64,000 bases of DNA from Eledone cirrhosa. Its lineage: Eukaryota. The DNA is taken from the NCBI GenBank assembly GCA_964016885.1, contig OZ024744.1:33294001-33358000 (forward strand). The letters run 5' to 3'. Made by a program: the position numbers and the translations under genes. Positions 54,201 through 64,000 of the stretch are shown here, piece after piece. Positions within the stretch are counted from its first letter, which is position 1; each line of letters starts with the position of its first letter. Below the pieces are notes generated by a model. It searched no databases, was not told the origin of the DNA, and saw only the letters and a program-made list of their open reading frames with translations.

Positions 54201-54683
54201 TATTTGTTTTATTGAACTTTAAAGTTTTCTTTTTGTTTTCGTTGTTTGTGTTAACAGAAACATGTGTTGGTAACAAATAAACAACAAAATTTATGAACAA
54301 AATAATAAAAAAGATAAAATAAAATAAAATAAAATAAAGATAGTCGTCATTTTCGGTTCATTTTTGTTATATTATTTATTTTATTTTTGTTTAATTTGTT
54401 TGTTTATTTATTTTAGTTTACTTTTTGTTTTTTGTTTTGTTATTCTTTGTTTTGTTTTAGTAAGCTACTTGTTTGCTCCCTGAGTATTTCCCATCGGGTA
54501 CCACTGTTAACAGAGCGGAGCAACGCTGGCTGATAACGTCTCAGCAAGCTTTCCTGACAAACAGATATGTTTTGATTAAATTTAGCATCATATGGTATTT
54601 ATATCAATTATGTATTTATTTTATCTACAACGCACCGCGTTATTAACATCTGCAAACTCGTTGCCAACCCCTATATATATATG

Positions 54684-54890
<207 letters not shown>

Positions 54891-55107
54891 TTATAGTACA
54901 CAATGACACACACAAACAACTATACAACAAATAAATATACTATCCATTTTATCATTATTATTATTATTGAGTTTTTTGTTTTGTTTTTTTCATGTTAAGG
55001 AAGCAACTGAGCAGTGGTTTCCCAGGATGAAGAATCATCATTGTAATTAAATGGACTGTTCTCTTGCAGGCGGGTGGCGGGTACTCTAGCAGGCGGGTGG
55101 TGTGTAC

Positions 55108-55159
<52 letters not shown>

Positions 55160-55321
55160 TCTTGACTTCAGATTTGCACTGTATTCACATTTTCAGTTCC
55201 ATTCAGTATAAAACAAAAATTATCAATCTTTGTTTCATTGTTTCAATCTTCTGCTTTCTTTTTTTGTGTCTTCTATCATATTCTTTCTTTTATTATATCA
55301 TTATTTTCATGATGAATTCAT

Positions 55322-55506
55322 CGGTGAATTGGCAGTATCGGTAGAGGGTTGGACGCCATGCTTTCCAGCATAGTTACGTCCCTTTACAGTCTGAGTTCAA
55401 TTCCCGCCGAGGTTAACTTTGCCTTTCATCCTTACGGGGTCGATAAAATAAAGTACCAGTAATGTACTGGGTAATTGCTGGCCTTGTGCCTAATGTAGAA
55501 ACAATT
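55322..55506 (+). mobile_element. SINE family A copy, followed by a 5' fragment at ~55533-55612
   Basis: Matches 6564-6748. Confidence 0.9.
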
Positions 55507-55611
55507 ATTTTCATTATCATTGAAAGCGAATAAGGGCGGTGGATTGACAGTATCGGTAGAGGGTCGGGCATCGGTAGAGCTTCATGGCATAGATTTACGT
55601 TCTGAGTTCGA

Positions 55612-56053
55612 ACCCATTACTTATGGTCACGAATCTTGTGTAATGAATGGAAGAATACGGTTGAGAATACTAGGGGCCGAAATGGGGTTCCTCTTAAGGG
55701 TCTTTGGAGTAACGTTACTCGATAAAGTGCGTAGCTCGGAGATGAGAGACTCACTCCAGGTAGAGTTGTTACTTCACCCAATTGAGAGATCACAGATCTG
55801 ATACTATGTACATGTGGTTAGAATGACGTTGGAAGATTTTACGGGCAAAAACCAGCCAGCAGGTGACCCAGAGGTAGAACCCGAGCAAGATGGCTAGATA
55901 ACATCTATGAACTTCGATTTGGAGGGTCACGCTTGGGGATCCAGCCGGATCAGTAAGAAGAAGAAAAAGAAGAAGAAGAAGATGAAGAAGAAGAAGAAGA
56001 AGAAGAAGAAGAAGAAGAAGAAGAAGAAGAAGAAGAAGAAGAAGAAGAAGAAG
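55612..56053 (+). mobile_element. RTE LINE 3' fragment with (GAA)n tail
   Basis: TYGHESCVM..AEMGFLLRVFGVTLLDKVRSSEMR..IERSQ. Confidence 0.8.
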
Positions 56054-56779
56054 ACTGATAAAAATGAAAACAATACAAAAATGGGAAAGGAAAAGAAAGT
56101 AAATGAGAAGAAAATGTAGAGATGTAGAAAGAAAGATCGAAAGAAAGAAAGAGGAACAAACAAGGAAAAGAAAGTAGAGGAAAGCGGAAAAAATGAAACA
56201 GATAGAATAGAGAAAGAGAGAATAAATAAATAATTTGATTGATGAATGAAAATGAAAAAAATGTCCGTCACACAATGTGTGTGTGTGTTTGCGAGAATGT
56301 ATGTGTGTTTAAAAGGAAGGAAGAGGATAGAGAAAAGCTATAGCAAAACAGTGGCTGGCGTTTCATTTTCTACGCTGTGTGTGAGTGTATGTGTATGTGT
56401 GTGTTTGTGTAAATGTATGTGTGTGTATGTTTGTATGAATGTATGTGTGTGTGTGTGTGTGTGTATTTGTGTTTACGTCTGTGAGTGTGTATGTCTGTGT
56501 GTGGGCCTGTGTTTGCGCATTATATTTATATACTCATACATATAAATGTATGCATATGCTCATACACACACACGCACAGACATATCACACATATACTCAT
56601 ACGCGTCAGCGTGTTTAAAAAAGTCCTAGTGGAACGAAAAGGGAGGATAAATAAAGAAAAAAATAGAAGAAAAAAGAATAAATGAGTGAAAGGAGAAAGT
56701 GAAGAACAAAGTAAGAAAAGAGAAGGAATGAGAAGGAGATAGAAGAAAAAAGAAAAAGAAAAAAGTAGGAGAGTTGTCT

Positions 56780-57400
56780 TCTCCCACTTATTCCTGAGAG
56801 GGTCGTGGGGGAAGAGTCCTCAAACACTCCTTCCAGTGGGTCCTGTCAGAAGCAGCAGTCTCCAACCGATCCAGATGGATCTCCAAACGTGACCAGCCAA
56901 GCTCATGGATGTTATCCAACCATCTTGCTCGGGTCTACCCCTGGGTCTCTTGTCGGTTGGTTTTGCCTGTAAAATCTGTCCAGCGATTCTTTCCTGAGAC
57001 ATTCTAACTACATACCCATAGTATCGTAGCTGTGATCTCTCAGATCAGAGAACTAGTGACTCTGATCACCGAGCTACGCATCTTATCGGGTAACGTTACT
57101 CCAAAGACACTTCGGAGGAATCCCATTTTGGCCTCTTCTATTCGCGATCGTATTTGTTCGGCCATTACCCAAGATTCATGACCTTAGATAAGGGATGACA
57201 CGAATACCAAACTTAAGATAGCGAGTTTGGCTTTTACACCCACCTCCATTCTTCTGATTACCAAATGCTGAAGCTGCCGCTTTACTGCTACAGCTTTGGC
57301 AATTATTGTACTTAATTCAGCCTCCTGCCTTCCATCACTCGTGAACACGACCGCGAAGTACTTGAACTTTTCCAACTGCTTCACTGCAACTCCATTCACA
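56780..57400 (-). mobile_element. RTE LINE 3' fragment
   Basis: NGVAVKQLEKFKY..VFTSDG, MSQERIAGQILQAKPTDKRPRGRP. Confidence 0.82.
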
Positions 57401-57529
57401 CGTAGGAGACTAAAAAATCAATTACTATGGAAAGACGGAAAACCCGGCGCGTGTGTATGACGTGATGGCCTATAAACATTCCTCCTGTGTGGCCCAAACA
57501 CACACACACACACATACATATAAATAGAA

Positions 57530-57559
<30 letters not shown>

Positions 57560-57561
<2 letters not shown>

Positions 57562-58047
57562 GATGCCTGCCCCCTCGTTATTGAGTATGGCCATTGCATG
57601 ATATAACATTATAATAATTATTAATAATTATCAAAGTTAATCCCGTCGAGGTTAACTTTGCCTTTCATCCATACGGGGTCGATAAAATAAAGTACCAGTA
57701 ATGTACTGGTTAATTGCTGGCCTTGTGCCAAATGTAGAAATAATTATTAATAATTATCAATTAATGCTATCGTGCAATGTCTGTGCGTAAAGATTTTTTT
57801 AAAGTGAGAAAAGACTGTGCACTGAGCCAATCCCACTCTTTGAGCGACAGTAGTTATAAACCGAAAAGAAGAAAAGATCAACATCATCGGTAACTACTGA
57901 ACCGCAGGATTTATATCCGAGTTATCGCAGTTTTCTGAGTTGCCTTCTCCTAGAAGAATGCCCTGACAAAGGCTAGGGGTCCTTCATTCCCAGTGGTTTA
58001 ACCACGCGATCGGGTATCCAGCCCGATTATTTCTATGTCCCCGCGCA
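57560..58047 (-). mobile_element. Non-autonomous RTE-tailed element (3' part) interrupted by a SINE A 3' half (57634-57742, plus strand)
   Basis: Reverse-complement match to 49630-49965. The SINE piece sits between duplicated ttattaataattatcaa. Confidence 0.85.
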
Positions 58048-58073
58048 TATACATACACATGCATACATGTATA

Positions 58074-62673
<4,600 letters not shown>

Positions 62674-62778
62674 GCGCTTTGCTTGTAGAAGAACGTAATA
62701 TATGTCTAATGATAGCTAAGATGCTTCCATAGGCGGTATGCCGGTTGAGCACTCTATGCTCTTACAGAGCAGAGTATG

Positions 62779-63264
62779 ATAGAATGGAAATCGAAAAATC
62801 AGTGATGCATCGGAACTCAGTTTATTGGGTGTTACAATTATTTCCCCAACGAACAGCTCGAGGTGTGATCTGTGTGTGGATCGACCTGACTCGACTCGCA
62901 GGTTTCTCGGACACATCTATTGATTTCGGAGCATATCCTCTTTCTGGGGTTTTCTGAGCCTACAGGTCTACATTGTCCACCTTCATCCGCTTTGCGTGTC
63001 CTTGGGTTGTTCATTGGTTAGTGACGTCATCATTATTCTGACCACTGGTAGCAACCCGCTGACCATCAGGGCATGAGCTGTCACTCTCCCACATTCCCGT
63101 CGGCAAAATTACTGCAGTTTCTCAGCTAACACCCCCACCCACACACACAAGCACAGAGATACGGACAGTTACATACAGAGTAGCTTGTGTGCTTACGTTC
63201 ACACATGTACGCCCAGAAGCATACATACATATCCATGTATACATACATAAATAGTCACACAAGT
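62779..63264 (-). repeat. Upstream direct pLTR (copy of 58167-58655)
   Basis: Direct sequence match. Confidence 0.92.
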
Positions 63265-63267
63265 TTA

Positions 63268-63981
63268 TTCTGCATGCATTTTCTATATACGGCCTGAGCA
63301 TAACCTTTACATTAATACCACGTACTCCCCATATGTAGCCTTGCTTGAGGTGTCTATCCGTGGATTAACCCACGTTGGCAACATAATATCAACTCTGTCA
63401 GCACGTACATCAAGGTGCATTTTTGTATGTACAGCCCAATGTGTATCTTTATATGCTTTTCTTATATGTATTTTTTGCATATTTGTTTATGTGTGTGTAG
63501 ATGTGTGTATATACATATATACATATATGTAAGAATATATGTGCGAGTCGGTATGTGTGTATGCACACGTGTAGAGGAAAAAATATATAGAGGTATGTAT
63601 GTATATGTATATATATATAAATTAGTGTGTGTGTATATATATACATGTGTGTAGATGTATGTGTGTATACGTGTGTGTGGGCGCGTGGGTAGGTGTGTAT
63701 ATATATGTGTGTATGTATGTGTGTGTGTGTATGCTTCTAGGCGTACATGTGTGAACGTAAGCACACAAGCTACGCTGTATGTATTTGTGTGTGTGTGTGG
63801 GGGAGTGGGAGCTGACAAACAGCAGTAATTTTGCCGACGGGACAGTGGGTGAGTGACAGCTCACGCCCTGATGGTCAGCGGACTGCTACCAGTGGTCAGG
63901 GTAATGAGGACGTCACTAACCAGTGACCAATCCAAGGACGCGCAAAGCGGATGAAGTTGGACCAAATAGACCCGTAGGGTC
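63268..63981 (+). repeat. Inverted pLTR segment (reverse complement of ~58345-59398 with deletions)
   Basis: ctgcatgcattttctatatacggcctg matches 59371-59398; gcggatgaagttggac matches 58365-58382. Confidence 0.9.
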
Positions 63982-64000
63982 TCATATCTATATGAGCAGG

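Noticed and set aside
50731-54300. 1189-aa Asn/Thr/His-rich ORF and overlapping Val/Leu/Gly ORFs
   Set aside because: (AAC/ACC)n lacks stop codons in most frames and the register shifts arbitrarily; no domain is present. Treated as a repeat artefact, not a mucin.
54460-54555. Unique island with a minus-strand acceptor tttgtcag
   Set aside because: No convincing donor or recognisable peptide; insufficient evidence for an exon.

Overview
Eukaryotic (metazoan) genomic DNA, AT-rich and saturated with microsatellites. The repeat families look like those of cephalopod (Octopus-like) genomes, which is an inference and not a database result. I found no confidently identifiable host gene; most ORF-track entries are microsatellite or antisense artefacts. 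The window is a nest of decayed retroelements: at least five Penelope-like elements (PLEs; GIY-YIG, three also with RT), four L1/Tx1-clade LINE copies, two R4/Dong-type RLE LINEs, several RTE fragments, a non-autonomous RTE-tailed element, two tRNA-derived SINE families, a non-autonomous Helitron and a 3.4 kb (GTT/GGT)n tract. The main signal invisible in the ORF track is RNA structure. About 16 type I hammerhead-ribozyme motifs of roughly 6-7 sequence families can be folded by eye. They lie in PLE 3' ends, in ORF-less foldback cassettes with a ribozyme on each strand, and in a 533-bp tandem (retrozyme-like) repeat. Several have non-canonical cores (CAGAAGA, CCGAGGA). There are also two apparent LINE/non-autonomous partner pairs with shared 3' tails, and a partitioning of element classes among microsatellite types. 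Coordinates were read manually and may be off by a few bases; element ends are approximate.
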